Below are positions 9,876 through 24,440 of a stretch of DNA of 46,453 nucleotides, piece after piece. Every line of letters starts with the position of its first letter. The stretch's first letter is position 1. This DNA comes from Nemertoderma westbladi (Eukaryota > Animalia > Xenacoelomorpha): NCBI GenBank assembly GCA_032718475.1, contig JAUCBJ010004449.1:1-46453 (forward strand). The letters are read 5' to 3'. A program made the position numbers and the translations under genes. The notes beneath the pieces are model-generated. The model ran no database searches, had not been told where the DNA came from, and worked only from the letters and a program-made list of their open reading frames with translations.

Positions 9876-11757
9876 CGAAATACCCGCGAAGCGTTTTCCG
9901 TTACGCCGAAAGCTGTCTTAGTTCGTTCTTTAACGTGGCGCCAGTCAGTCTGGCAGTTACTGCTGTCTGTATTACACCGTACCGTACGTCACCCTATTTA
10001 GTACGTCACCGTACGTCACCCTACACTGACTACAGTGTAGTCAGTAAGTAGTAAACCCGGACATAGATAGTACTGTATATGCAAAATATAACTAGGCGTA
10101 AATGTTGTTCGAGTACTAAACAAACATATAGGCTAAAATCCTATAAGCAGTATAGGTAAGAGCCTAGGCCTACTACCATCCTGCGGAATCGGTGTTTACA
10201 TACTGTATAGAATGTAAACCCTCGGAAGCTAACTCAATTCTTTTATCTGCACATGCATAAATTCCTGTAAATCGTCATTGTTAGTCGTTGACGTTGCAAT
10301 CAGTATCACAAATCTAATAAATAACACATTTGTGGTATTAAAACTAAAGATATTGAGTCGAATTATCAATGTCCTTGAAAACTATAACACGATATTTTAA
10401 CAATATAATTACGTATTTTACGGAGAAATAAAACACTAAATTTACCTTCTCCACCCCTTTAAGATTTGGAAAATTAGTTTAGTTAGGATATGTTATACAA
10501 TAATATTACATTATTCATTAGATGCGATTAATACATAAATACAAGTATTAATTGCATACATACTATACATCGATTACATACATACGTATCTTGTGGATTA
10601 ATTACATTTGCAAATTAATTCAAAAAAATTAATTACACATATTTATTTATAAGCAAGAATGTCGAAAAATGTTAAAATGGCTGACAATTTTCCGCAATTT
10701 AAATTCTGAAAATTAAATAAAATTCAAATGAAAGTAAATACAAGAAACAGAGGGGAAATTGGACGCAAATCAGACCTCGGCGAATTAATATTTCATCTCA
10801 ATGTTAAATTACCAATTTGTGGAAAGGAGCAGATTACAGTAGTGGCACATTATTTTAACCAAAACAATAAACTAAACACAATAGAACAGGTTACATATGC
10901 AGTTATACGTTTGAGAGTAATCAGCTGTCTATTTTCCCCTAGTGAGGTATGAATTTTGTTGATTGGGTCCGGAGTCCCCCTATCAGAAATACGTTGTTCG
11001 GAAAGAAAAAGTCAAAAATTTGTAAAATAATTTTGTAGCCCAGAAGTATAGCATTTGGATTCTTGCTCATACAGTAAGTTTGTTGAGATAAATATAATTT
11101 TGTAGAATAATAATAAATATAATTAAATATACAGCATTTTTATATATGACAAATAAATTACAAATTCAACATAAATATAGGTTATGGTGGTATTTTGTAC
11201 ATAAATTTAAAATCGAGGTTTACATAAAAGTTTGGAGAAAAATAATATAATAATTAATCTGACCTCTGGATGTATTTTTTAACGCGGAAATTAAGTAAGA
11301 ATTATTCCTTTAATAGCAATAAAATATATCAATTGGAATATTATTACAGACTGACGGCGCTTTCTTACAGTATCTCGTACAGTAATATCGACTATTACAC
11401 TTGTTCAATTGCAAGTTGTCGTAAATGTACAAAAAAGATTTCTGTGAGTTTTAATTCCATAATTTGTAAAGTACCGGTAATGGGTACCGGTATTATTAAA
11501 TTCCTATCTAATGCTATGAAATGGATAGGCTTTATTTAAAAAAAGAAATGGCAAATGATGGGGCGCCGTAGGATAGAACTGTATATATAATATACATACA
11601 TAATATATTACAGAGTAAATAGCCTAAAATATTTTGATTTATATTAATATAATATATATTTATATCTGAAATTGTGCACCAAAATGTAAAATTATCGATA
11701 GAAACTGAAGAAAAATTAATGTCGTTGTATTCCTCAGTGGTCTACTGTAAATACCAT

Positions 11758-14700
11758 CTAGTGGTGCTGTTTCCCCTTTCCTTTTGCGATTGCGATGACG
11801 TCATTTGGTGACAGCTGACTGGCCTGTTGATTGGCATCTTCAGGAACGTAATCTCCCAACACATCCCTCCACAGTTCATTACCATAACCATTACAATAAC
11901 TCTTCAAATACTTCGCTTTATCCATGTCTTCCCTTTCGAAGTAATACATCATGTAGAAATTGCACATTTCATCGTCCATTGTTGATCTAAATGTGAATAA
12001 TAATTTGCACTCGTCAAAATCTTGCAAATTTATAATTCTTTCTATTTTGATAATATTTTTTTAAAATATAGGCCCTACGTGTTAACATTTGTTACAAGTC
12101 AGTGATATCTTTAGATTAGTTGTAGGCCTACTGCTGTACAGTATATTATTTAAAATGATGTCATTATTCTTACCCAATATAAACTGTTCTGTCAACGTCG
12201 TTAATGAATGTACATCTGGCAGCCAATATATCACCAGGTTTAATAACCATCCCCTTGTTGGTTACTGGGTAAAACATTTGCGCTAAATGAGGGCTGCGTT
12301 TCCCTATAAAAATAATTAAAAAAATATATTAATAATTTATCTCCTAAATCATGCTCATGAAATAGGGCCTATATATATTTGAAACCGGGACAATTTTCAA
12401 CAATGACAATTAATTGTTGCCCCTGGTAATGGGCAATTGTAAACGGGGGCAATATTCTGAGGGTACAGTATATCCTAAGATAAAGCACTTATGATAAATG
12501 GACTCATGGCACGGAAATATGGTATAATAATTAATGACTTACCTATTTCTGTCCACTTTCCGTCTTTATTGACATCGTAAGCCGAGATGACTTCTCCAAT
12601 AAAGTGAGCGTGGGTTCGGTAAGCGAAAGGATAAATCGTTGGTGCTTTCTCTGGCCACGGGCACATCATCTCCATACGAGCTGGAAAGTATCATGAATTA
12701 TTACAGTACTTATAAAAATATAAAATATCCGTACCATTCGGTACAGGTACGGTAGGCCTAGACCTACAGTACCTTGCAGACCGGTATGTTGAGAATGTTT
12801 AACTTTTTATTAATATACCGAGTCAACCACTACTTACTCAACCAAGTAAAGAAAGACTCTCAATTGTGTTTTCTTAATCCACTATTTTTACGTTTCGTTC
12901 ATCACAAATTTGGAATAGACTTGTACATTATAGATTTTAATTATTATCGACAAAATTGCATCGCCTCAACTCCCTATCACCCATGACATTTGCTAGATCA
13001 TCCGCATCTTCAAGGCCAGTGTCCTTTAAGATGCGTCTCAAGAAAGTCATGGGCTGTCCACCATGCTTATTCACTCCATGAGGCTGTCAAAGTACAAGAT
13101 TATGCACTGGCTGGTCCTCACGGCGAAAGCAATGTCCTGCAAAGCGGAGGCGATTTTGTTCTAGTGTCAAGCTTGGGGGAACCAATGAGAAACCTCCAAT
13201 GTTATATAGTGTCTGGTTGGAGATGTGTGCATTGAACTTGACACAATGAACCCGGCGTAGCATTCTTGTGAATGTGCCGTCCAAAGATTTGGTGTCCTCA
13301 GCAGTTAGAGCCCAGCATGGACTCCCATAGAGGAGTACTGGAACTACTGCTGCTCTAAATAATCGGACCTTAAGTTTCCGATTAATTCTCGGTGACTTCA
13401 AAATCCTGGAAAGCCTATTCAAGGCTGCCCATGCCTTTCCCTTACGTATTATTTTGGGGGACACTGCTCCAATACCTCAATAGACGTGGAAGGACATTCA
13501 AACTAAGAACTGCTGGGATGTTGCAATTTTTCGTTCAAAAAACCTGAGATGTGATGTGTGACATCCATAATTTATATACTTATCTTTTTTACTTTTTAAA
13601 GTTCGGGAAATCTCCAAAAAGTTAATTTATCTTTCGTGTTGGTTGTTTTCCATGACGCCGAATCGAATGCAATTTGATTTAGAACAACAATAAAACATGG
13701 TTGTGTGTCAGATTCAATAGAATAAATAAATGCCATTTTTTTGCAACATACGGCAATTTCGATTACCCAAAAAATTCAACATCCACACTTTCATTCGTTA
13801 TTAACGTAGGTCTACTCCCTCCCTTTTACTGTATTCTATGTCAGTGTAAAACTTCTACTGTAAGCACATTCTCATTGAAAAATAATACGAACTTTATTAA
13901 TTAAGTTATTCTCAATTAGAAAGGAACATTATGGGAATGTGGAGGGTAAAAGTTATAAAAAAAAACTAGCATACTTGATAGTTGATATCTCTAATTGCGT
14001 GTGCCGACTTTCACACATTCATATTCTGTGATAGTTGATATCTCTAATTGCGTGTGCCAACCTTCACACATTCATATTCTGTGATAGTTGATATCTCTAA
14101 TTGCGTGTGCCGACCTTCACACATTCATATACTGTGATAGTTGATATCTCTAATTGCGTGTGCCAACCTTCACACATTCATATACTGTGATAGTTGATAT
14201 CTCTAATTGCGTGTGCCGACCTTCACACATTCATACAGTATACTGTGATAGTTGATATCTCTAATTGCGTGTGCCGACCTTCACACATTCATATTCTGTG
14301 ATAGTTGATATCTCTAATTGCGTGTGCCGATCTTCACACATTCATATACTGTGATAGTTGATATCTCTAATTGCGTGTGCCGACCTTCACACATTCATAT
14401 TCTGTGATAGTTGATATCTCTAATTGCGTGTGCCGACCTTCACACATTCATATTCTGTGATAGTTGATATCTCTAATTGCGTGTGCCGACCTTCACACAT
14501 TCATATACTGTGATAGTTGATATCTCTAATTGCGTGTGCCGACCTTCACACATTCATATACTGTGATAGTTGATATCTCTAATTGCGTGTGCCAACCTTC
14601 ACACATTCATATACTGTGATAGTTGATATCTCTAATTGCGTGTGCCGACCTTCACACATTCATACAGTATACTTGATAGTTGATATCTCTAATTGCGTGT

Positions 14701-17700
14701 GCCAACCTTCACACATTCATATACTGTGATATTTGATATCTCTAATTGCGTGTACCGACCTTCACACATTCATATACTGTGATATTTGATATCTCTAATT
14801 GCGTGTACCGACCTTCACACATTCATATACTGTGATATTTGATATCTCTAATTGCGTGTGCCGACCTTCACACATTCATATACTGTGATATTTGATATCT
14901 CTAATTGCGTGTGCCGACCTTCACACATTCATATACTGTGATAGTTGATATCTCTAATTGCGTGTGCCGACCTTCACACATTCATATACTGTGATAGTTG
15001 ATATCTCTAATTGCGTGTGCCGACCTTCACACATTCATATACTGTGATATTTGATATCTCTAATTGCGTGTACCGACCTTCACACATTCATATACTGTGA
15101 TATTTGATATCTCTAATTGCGTGTGCCGACCTTCACACATTCATATACTGTGATAGTTGATATCTCTAATTGCGTGTGCCGACCTTCACACATTCATATA
15201 CTGTGATATTTGATATCTCTAATTGCGTGTACCGACCTTCACACATTCATACACTGTGATAGTTGATATCTCTAATTGCGTGTGCCGACCTTCACACATT
15301 CATATACTGTGATATTTGATATCTCTAATTACGTGTACCGACCTTCACACATTCATATACTGTGATAGTTGATATCTCTAATTGCGTGTACCGACCTTCA
15401 CACATTCATATACTGTGATATTTGATATCTCTAATTGCGTGTGCCGACCTTCACACATTCATACAGCATACTGTGATAGTTGATATCTCTAATTGCGTGT
15501 GCCGACCTTCACACATTCATATACTGTGATATTTGATATCTCTAATTGCGTGTACCGACCTTCACACATTCATATACTGTGATAGTTGATATCTCTAATT
15601 GCGTGTGCCGACCTTCACACATACATATACTGTGATATTTGATATCTCTAATTGCGTGTACCGACCTTCACACATTCATATATTGTGATATTTGATATCT
15701 CTAATTGCGTGTACCGACCTTCACAAATTCATATACTGTGATAGTTGATATCTCTAATTGCGTGTACCGACCTTCACACATTCATATACTGTGATAGTTG
15801 ATATCTCTAATTGCGTGTGCCGACCTTCACACATTCATATACTATGATATTTGATATCTCTAATTGCGTGTGCCGACCTTCACACATTCATATACTGTGA
15901 TAGTTGATATCTCTAATTGCGTGTGCCGACCTTCACACATTCATATACTGTGATATTTGATATCTCTAATTGCGTGTGCCGACCTTCACACATTCATATA
16001 CTGTGATATTTGATATCTCTAATTGCGTGTGCCGACCTTCACACATTCATACAGCATACTGTGATAGTTGATATCTCTAATTGCGTGTGCCGACCTTCAC
16101 ACATTCATATACTGTGATATTTGATATCTCTAATTGCGTGTGCCGACCTTCACACATTCATACAGCATACTGTGATAGTTGATATCTCTAATTGCGTGTG
16201 CCGACCTTCACACATTCATATTCTGTGATAGTTGATATCTCTAATTGCGTGTGCCGACCTTCACACATTCATATACTGTGATAGTTGATATCTCTAATTG
16301 CGTGTGCCGACCTTCACACATTCATACAGTATACTGTGATAGTTGATATCTCTAATTGCGTGTGCCGACCTTCACACATTCATATACTGTGATAGTTGAT
16401 ATCTCTAATTGCGTGTGCCGACCTTCACACATTCATACAGCATACTGTGATAGTTGATATCTCTAATTGCGTGTGCCGACCTTCACACATTCATATTCTG
16501 TGATAGTTGATATCTCTAATTGCGTGTGCCGACCTTCACACATTCATATACTGTGATAGTTGATATCTCTAATTGCGTGTGCCGACCTTCACACATTCAT
16601 ACAGTATACTGTGATAGTTGATATCTCTAATTGCGTGTGCCGACCTTCACACATTCATATACTGTGATAGTTGATATCTCTAATTGCGTGTGCCGACCTT
16701 CACACATTCATATACTGTGATAGTTGATATCTCTAATTGCGTGTGCCGACCTTCACACATTCATACAGCATACTGTGATATTTGATATCTCTAATTGCTT
16801 GTGCCGACCTTCACACATTCATATACTGTGATAGTTGATATCTCTAATTGCGTGTGCCGACCTTCACACATTCATATACTGTGATAGTTGATATCTCTAA
16901 TTGCGTGTGCCGACCTTCACACATTCATATACTGTGATAGTTGATATCTCTAATTGCGTGTGCCGACCTTCACACATTCATATACTGTGATAGTTGATAT
17001 CTCTAATTGCGTGTGCCGACCTTCACACATTCATATATACTGTGATAGTTGATATCTCTAATTGCGTGTGCCGACCTTCACACATTCATATACTGTGATA
17101 GTTGATATCTCTAATTGCGTGTGCCGACCTTCACACATTCATATACTGTGATAGTTGATATCTCTAATTGCGTGTGCCGACCTTCACACATTCATATACT
17201 GTGATAGTTGATATCTCTAATTGCGTGTGCCGACCTTCACACATTCATATACTGTGATAGTTGATATCTCTAATTGCGTGTGCCGACCTTCACACATTCA
17301 TATACTGTGATAGTTGATATCTCTAATTGCGTGTGCCGACCTTCACACATTCATATACTGTGATAGTTGATATCTCTAATTGCGTGTGCCGACCTTCACA
17401 CATTCATATACTGTGATATTTGTTCAATTTAATTCTGGGGTAACTGTTAAACTTAATTGACCTATATATTTTTTATAATATATTGGCCTATTGTTTCAAT
17501 GCGTACTAATTTACAAGACGTACTTATGTTTATTTAGCAGGACTATGCCATGCATTTTGTTTTAAGTATTAGGATATATGGAGTTTCCCTATAAAATTTC
17601 GAAAAATTTCACAATGTGTACAAAAATGTTACAAGGGTGCGATCTGCGCCTCACTCCAGCTAATGCGACCGTTATAAGATCACAATCAGCCCTAATACAA

Positions 17701-19374
17701 TTTGGGTTGAACATACAACTACTAACTCTCAGTATCCATTGGAATTGATCCTTGACTCAGAAACAGATAAACCTGGGCGATCTTTGGCGTCCTGAAAGAC
17801 AAGAAATGCGTCGTAAAACACTATGTAATAGAAATATCTACACAAGTTCGAATTAAAAGACAAAAACATTAAAGGTTAATCTGCGATTATTTAAATACTA
17901 TGTATAACTTACGGAATTTCTGTTATCGTCAATTTAAATCCCGAATTGTCGGTGAGACTTGGTTCAGCTATAAACTTATCAACTCTGGCATAGTGAACCT
18001 GGAGCACCAAATAACTGATGTCTGAATCTCCTCCAACCTAGAACGATAGAGATATATTCAAAAAATATTAGATGTCTATTGTTTTAACTCCATATTGAAG
18101 TGAACCTGTTCGTTATATATATATATGGATGACAAGTTTAATTAATATAATGTTATTTCACGTACTTCGAAGCCAGTCCCGTCTGGAAGTTCCAATCCTT
18201 TGGGTGCATCCATGGCCCATGCGTATATAATCGCGGAACCTGAGCCACAAGTTGGCCCCATCGACTCTGGGTCAATATCATTAGCTCCGAGACTCATTTC
18301 TCCGCAGTGCCTGTAACATAAAGTATAAATAACATTACGACTGCCATTGAAATGTACACAATTAGTTAAAGTGATTTTTTTTAATTTAACTGTTTTTTAA
18401 TTCAATTCCCTACCAGGCAGTGTCAATAAATGCAGCATGTCTAAATGGTAGCGGGTAAAATAATGCTGACTCTATTTTAATTGTTATATACATTTAATTA
18501 CTATTATATCAGAAATACAAATACCTGATTTCACTTTATATACAGTAGTTGCATCCCAAATAGTGCAGGGATTACTATCATCACTTTAAGACTTTATAAT
18601 AATAAAGAAACACGTTATGAATTTGTACTTGTTTATTGTTTTCGTCTCGACTCACCAGGCTTTGCCATTATTTTTCCCCGGTGTTTTACATCCGTATAAG
18701 AGCATGTGATGTGCTGTGTGAGGCTTCGCAATGGGATCGAATCCAGTTACATAGACTTTCTTGTCCTTGGGGAGCTCTGATCCGAAACAAACATAGTCAT
18801 CTTTCTGCAGTTAAAACACAAATTTATGTTGTTTGAGACATAAAAATATATTCATACAAAGATGAATATAAGAACTTAACAAGTACAATAAATGAAATAG
18901 CTCGGCCAGGTATCTCTTACCCACATTGACCGCCATGTGGCCCCTATACTTAATAAACGTAGTCTATTCTTTGAGACAGGGAGAGGAATTAACACGTATA
19001 CAAATCCCATCGCGGTGAATTAACAATGCTACTTTACCAATGAAAGAGAAAGAGCTGGTTACAATGGCACGTTATTCTAACCAAAACAAATAAAGACAAG
19101 TCAATAGTAAATGTTACACTTTAATTTTTGACTGTAATCGCCAACAATTTGTGTTTATTCCCCTAATGTGTACAGTATAAGACCTTTCTCTTTCAATATT
19201 TAACTTTTCCATAATAATCAACATAAATTATTACAACACAATTGAGTCGGCCAACTGACAATATAACTGTATACCTAGACTTACCATTGTAGGATGGAAG
19301 TCTGGAAGTTGAATATTTACTTCTTCTGCCGCACCGAGGGAAATAAATAAAGCAAAATAAATTAAAATATCCAT
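11758..19374 (-). CDS. PHM: Peptidylglycine alpha-hydroxylating monooxygenase, monofunctional, ~356 aa; exons 19374-19285, 18804-18656, 18310-18166, 18037-17913, 17791-17727, 12680-12543, 12303-12174, 11986-11758
   Basis: All 7 introns are GT-AG with consistent phases (1071 nt total). Signal peptide MDILIYFALFISLGAA. Cu ligands AHHMLLYGC, VLQVHY, YRTHAH, DEMCNFYMMY. Also IYAWAMDAP, RSPHLAQMFYPV and GDILAARC. Confidence 0.92.
12963..13448 (-). mobile_element. RTE LINE fragment inside PHM intron 5
   Basis: Reverse complement of ~20457-20943. Encodes RKGKAWAALNRLSRILKSPRINRKLKVRLFRAAVVPVLLYGS. Confidence 0.9.
13977..17421. repeat. 53-bp satellite, ~64 copies, inside PHM intron 5
   Basis: Unit GATAGTTGATATCTCTAATTGCGTGTGCCGACCTTCACACATTCATATACTGT, with 58-bp variants carrying +CAGTA or +CAGCA. 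Confidence 0.97.
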
Positions 19375-19444
19375 CTCGATTAGTTTCGCTCTAACAGAAA
19401 TATACCTGCTTGTCCGTAATTGTAATCAATGATTTAATTAATCA

Positions 19445-19555
19445 TTGATCAAATACATTAAATAATAGTTTGATCAAATACATTGAATAATAATTTGATT
19501 AAATAATTAAATAACCTTTGCTCAAATAAATTTAATAATAATAATTTGATCACAT
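19445..19555. repeat. Degenerate ~25-bp tandem repeat just upstream of the PHM ATG
   Basis: TTTGATCAAATACATTAAATAATA-like unit, about 4-5 copies. Confidence 0.6.
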
Positions 19556-19759
19556 ATTATATTAAATACTTATTGTATTAAAATTATATACTGTATTATA
19601 ATTTTACTTAATAGGCAAAAAAACCTTCCACAAAATAACCTTGTATAGTATAACAACGTCGGCCTTCGGCCTCGGAAGTTATACAGCTTATTTTGGTTCA
19701 GGTAAATATATCCGTATTTCCACCCCTAAACCATTGAATAATATCACTCAGTATATTGC

Positions 19760-21021
19760 TAAGGTAAATGAAACGGAAGAGGTCTCTCAGGCTGCCTTCC
19801 TCCCGTTCAATCCTTGAGAAGCACACTTTGAGTCGGTATTTTGCCGTAGACAAGGTTGCTAGACCAGGAAGTTCCATAAGCTACGAGTCACAACGTGTAT
19901 AGACTGAGAACATTGCTTCTTTTGCTTCGTTTGTTCAATATGGGATTCCTGATGAAATTATTGCAGCAATCAGATCAGTATACGATGGTTCGACAACATT
20001 TGTGTCTACTGTTGACGGTGACACAGAACCACCATTTGAAGTGTTATGTGGCGTCCTCCAGGGAGACACACTTGCACCATTATTGGTCATAATTGTGGTT
20101 GACTATGTTCTACGCATGTCTTTAGATCATCATAATGATGATGGGGTGATGATAACTCCACCTACTGGCTCCAGAAGTCGAGGAAATCCTGCCAAGTACC
20201 TAACAGATCTAGACTTTGCTGATGACTTAGGAGTACTCTCAGAATCACTAGAGGGTGCCCAACGGCTCCTCAGCTCATTAGAACAGGCTGATTCTAGTGT
20301 TGGTCGAAAAAGATCAAAATTTTGTCAGTTAACTTTGAAAGTCCTCAGCAAGTCTCTGACCTGATGAGCATAAGCTCAAAGGATGGTATGCTTCAGCATG
20401 TGGACGACTTCTGTTACCTGGGATCATGGATCCGGAAGTCAGGTGAGGACCTTCGATTACGTAAGGGAAAGGCATGGGCAGCCTTGAATAGGCTTTCCAG
20501 GATTTGGAAGTCACCGAGAATTAATCGGAAACTTAAGATCCGATTATTTAGAGCAGCAGTAGTTCCAGTACTCCTCTATGGGAGTCCATGCTGGGCTCAA
20601 CTGCTGAGTACACCAAATCTCTGGATGGCACATTCACAAGAATGCTACGCCGGGTTCATTGTGTAAAGTACAATGCACAGTTCTCCAAACAGACACTATA
20701 TAACATTGGAGGTGCCTCATTGGTTCCCCCAAGCTTGACACTAGAACAAAATCGCCTCCGCTTTGCAGGACATTGCTTACGCCGTGAGGACCCAGCCAGT
20801 GCATAATCTTGTACTTTGGCAGCCTCATGGAGTGAATAAGCATGGTGGACAGCCCATGACTTTCTTGAGACGCATCTTAAAGGACACTGGCCTTGAAGAT
20901 GCGGATGATCTAGCAAATGTCATGGGTGATAGGGAGTTGTGGCGGCGTAGTTTTGTCGACAAGCCGGCACAGCATTCTTAAAAATGCAGCTGCAATGCAG
21001 CATGCCGATCCTAGTAGTAGT
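19760..21021 (+). mobile_element. 5'-truncated RTE-clade LINE (RT 3' half, frameshifted) with (TAG)n tail
   Basis: GVLQGDTLAP, LTDLDFADDL, VDDFCYLGSWI, KAWAALNRLSRIWKS, VLLYGS..W and RLRFAGHC spread over shifted frames. Confidence 0.9.
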
Positions 21022-22300
21022 GCTTCGCCAGTTAGGTGACGCACGAGAATGTAGATAAAGAAGTATACGATCTTTGAATTTTCGCAATTGTGCGATGACT
21101 AAATGCTCCGTGCCAGTCATTTCCAGGCAGAAATCGAAAAAACAATCTGTATCGAACAGATTATATAGATAACTACTGTTAGGTATATAGCGGCCCAAAC
21201 GAAGTATAGATCTCATGGCTTTGCGATGATTTATGTTTAGTACTTTCATGATGCTATTACTCACGATAGCTGCACCATACAGAATCGCGGGGGTGCAAAT
21301 CGTTTTCCAAACTAGACTTATTATATCCACTGGTACATCGTCTAGTTGACCGATTCAACCATATTGGCTGCACGAAATTGTCTTGTATTTTTGTCGGACG
21401 TTTGGAGAGGCAGATCGAGGAATTGCAGTTGTTAGAAGATGTGACAGTTTCACCAGTCTCAGCTACAATCTCCTCGACAGGGTTTTGACAGCTTCATCTT
21501 GACGTCACATGTCTGCAGATGACGGTTTTGTTTTCTTGAGGTTGAGAGATATTTCTGCAGATTGAAAACATTCCGTTCATGTAACTGAAGATTTTTAGCT
21601 AGTAGCAGAATATCGTCGGCATATCCGGTCAGAGGATAGGCCCTATTATGGGTGTGTATCCCTAAGCCAGAGGCCACCAACTCATGGAAAAGGTCTGATA
21701 GGTAGATATTAAATAGTTGTGCTGATAGGACGCCACCCTGTCTTACTCCGCATGACAGTTTTATCGTATGACCATCGTAGTTTGGAAAGGGTCGGGGTTA
21801 TTGAGATACCTCAGTAGCTGCTGGACTTTTGCAGGTCACGATTTGCAAATAATGGCCTTTAATAATGGCCTTAACAGGCTTGTTCACAAGCTATCTGGGA
21901 ATAACCCAGATGCCATTATACGGTTGAACAATTCTGCTAGATGTGAGCACATATGCGGTATTGATATTTCTTTGAGGCTGTCTGCAGGGCAGCTACAGTA
22001 TATGGCATACTTGGTTCTCACTTTAGTGTCATCGTTACTGTTTCATAACTTCTCATTCGCTGCAACCAGGGCCTTCACCTCGTTAGTGAAGCTATTTCTC
22101 TGTTCCTGTGTTGCTTTGTTGAAGATAAAAATTGGTGTTCTAAATCGACGCCAGAGTTTTATTGAAATTGTTGTATCTCTTGATAAATCCTTTTTGGCTT
22201 CGGATTGAAGTACAAATTTCGACTGGACAGATACAGCATTAATTCTCTGGTTACATCTGTACGTCATGTTGACACTTTCTGCAATCCGTGGTCATGCAGA
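21022..22300 (-). mobile_element. Decayed LINE ORF2 (RT) of a different family
   Basis: Minus strand reads CGVRQGGVLSAQLFNIYLSDL...GYADDILLLA and, downstream, P.ILYG. Multiple frame disruptions. Confidence 0.75.
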
Positions 22301-24143
22301 TTGCATACGAAGATTATAAGAAAAGCTGAAGATGGCATTGTGGCTATAGTCAGAAACTCACAAGGACAGTGTGCTTGAGAACATTGCCGAAATATGTATT
22401 AGTGCATAGCTGACCGATTAATTCGGAGTGACTTTGTTATTTGTCTGGCTAAAATGCAAGGCGCAATAACGATAACAAATGTTTCGGTATAAATTTTACA
22501 ATAACTCAATCCTAATGTCTGGAGAAATTAAAGGTTATACGCTTATTAAGAAGCAATTAATTATTATCTATTAATTTCATTGTTGATGAGACTACAAATA
22601 ATTTACGGTAGCGACACAATCACAATAAAAAAAACACCAGGTGAAATGCTGGAGTTCTTGTTTTCTAAAGAACCCAACAGAACGTCGAGTTAACATTCGA
22701 AGAACGTCGACATTTAGTATTAATAAATAATTAAATACACCGAAACGTTTTTCCATCATAACTAGTTTAAATTAATATATTTGAGTTTGTAACGGTCGGA
22801 ATTGGAATACATTCTCAATACACGCAGTCTATAGGGCCTATATAGTGTATACATGCGTAATACATATACATAAGTATAATAATTATAAAGCAATTAGGTG
22901 CCTGCTATAATAATCTATTAATCTAAGCATACTATAAGCAAAATAATATTCTGGTACAATTTAAACTCAATTACGTATTATTTATTACATTCTATCAAAA
23001 TTAAATAATAAAAATTTTAATTACAGTTATGGGAGCTTATTGAAGCTACTATAATCAGGAATGTAACTACAGCAGAATTACATGAATGCAACACACAGCA
23101 ACAACGGGAAGTAAGGATTGTGTGGTTACTTAGGATCAGGTAAGATGCAGGTAATTCCTGCTCCCTCCAACAACCAAGATTACTATGACGACAAGCCCAC
23201 ACACTGACGTCGGCAATGCAGCTGCACTATCATATGAATGGAGCAATGCACACTACTAGGCCTACAGTTGGTCGGACTCTTAGCACATAGGAAAGCCAAT
23301 ACTAGTCGGGTTACCTTGCTCACCTACTATATGCATTATCATGGGTGTAATATACAGTACATATAACAAACAGCATACACATTGGCTTTGTTTCTTAATA
23401 GGGATACCATCTGCCTCATACCTAACATATCAACCATGCTGTTAGTTAATGAGTGTTTTATAGACACAACTAATGTACTAGCTAATGTTTATTGAAGTAT
23501 AAGAAATAGCTGTGGGTTTGGGTTCATTTTCCTCTGGCGAAAAGGAAATCATCCATGTAGGGTTTATGGTTTAGTTCCTATAATCGTAAGGTCCATATTA
23601 TCATATTTGCCATCTCGTTTCAAGTTTTTCCATCCCTGAAGTATTTTCTACATGTTGGATTAAAAATAACCAGGCGGGGGTATAGATGGCAGATACACCA
23701 GGATCGGAGTTTATCTACTATCTATAATTAATAAAAGATACCTTTTACTTTCATCCTTCTAAGACAAACATACACCATCTCCCGTAGAATTCAGGATCAG
23801 CGAAAATCTGGTATTCTTGACGTGGGGGTCGTGTCAAAAGACGCGCAAGACTCTCCGCTTTCAATTAATATAAGCCACGTGTGAAATGATTGAGATTTAA
23901 TGTGTATTTAAATCGATTCTCCCCATAGAAACCAAGATAAAAAATTATCAGATCACTGCGTAATGACGCCAAATATGTAGCAGCCAATCACAGCCGATTT
24001 TCAAAATTGGCCTCCCGTGTTTACTTAAAACCGCCATTTCGACTGTTTCCACGTGTTTTTACAAAAAACGCGCTCGATCAGGGCACCTTCTTACCCCTTA
24101 TTCGATTGTTTCTAGCCCAACAATTTTTTCGCACCCCAACCCT

Positions 24144-24288
24144 ATTGTGATAGGTAAAATTCGCAGAGTTAGTTATAAGCTGTCAATCATTCCTGGGATT
24201 TACCTATCAGCTTTTCCCAATTCAACCTTATATTTGTACTTTAGATTGACAGCTTATAACTAACTCTGTGTATTTTACCTATGACAAT
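24144..24288. repeat. ~45-bp inverted repeat with ~55-bp spacer (MITE-like)
   Basis: 24144-24188 ATTGTGATAGGTAAAATTCGCAGAGTTAGTTATAAGCTGTCAATC pairs with 24244-24288 with about 3 mismatches. Confidence 0.8.
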
Positions 24289-24440
24289 TATACCATACAT
24301 TATACAGTATATACACGGTAACTTTTTCTGGGATTCACCTATCAGGTATTTCCCATAAAAACTCTCACCTCACCTTTCCTCCATAGACCCTCACCTTTTC
24401 CTGATAGTTGCTAGTACATAGTCTAATGCAGACCGGTAGG

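Larger units (their letters stand above)
5590..9930 (-). mobile_element. CRE-type non-LTR retrotransposon (single ORF, RT + restriction-like endonuclease), near full length
   Basis: GC-rich island in AT-rich DNA. RT motifs [32 protein letters not shown]. Downstream CACG...H..SC, RHNE, RLDV...YIDV, E..KR.KY as expected for an RLE. Element ends are approximate; no TSD or tail found. Confidence 0.85.

Noticed and set aside
13977-17421. CRISPR-like appearance of the 53-bp array (unit has a small GTGTG/CACAC stem)
   Set aside because: There are no unique spacers and no cas genes, and it lies in a eukaryotic intron. The same lack of spacers applies to the 19- and 35-bp arrays.
11987-19284. TIR/TSD signatures in the PHM introns (and the NFU1 intron) like those in the kinase intron
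   Set aside because: I checked the intron ends and found no inverted termini or flanking duplications, so the Introner-like case is single in this window.
23712-24140. Helitron-like 5' end (TCTACTATCTATAATTAATAAAAG)
   Set aside because: No convincing 3' hairpin plus CTRR terminus could be identified by eye.
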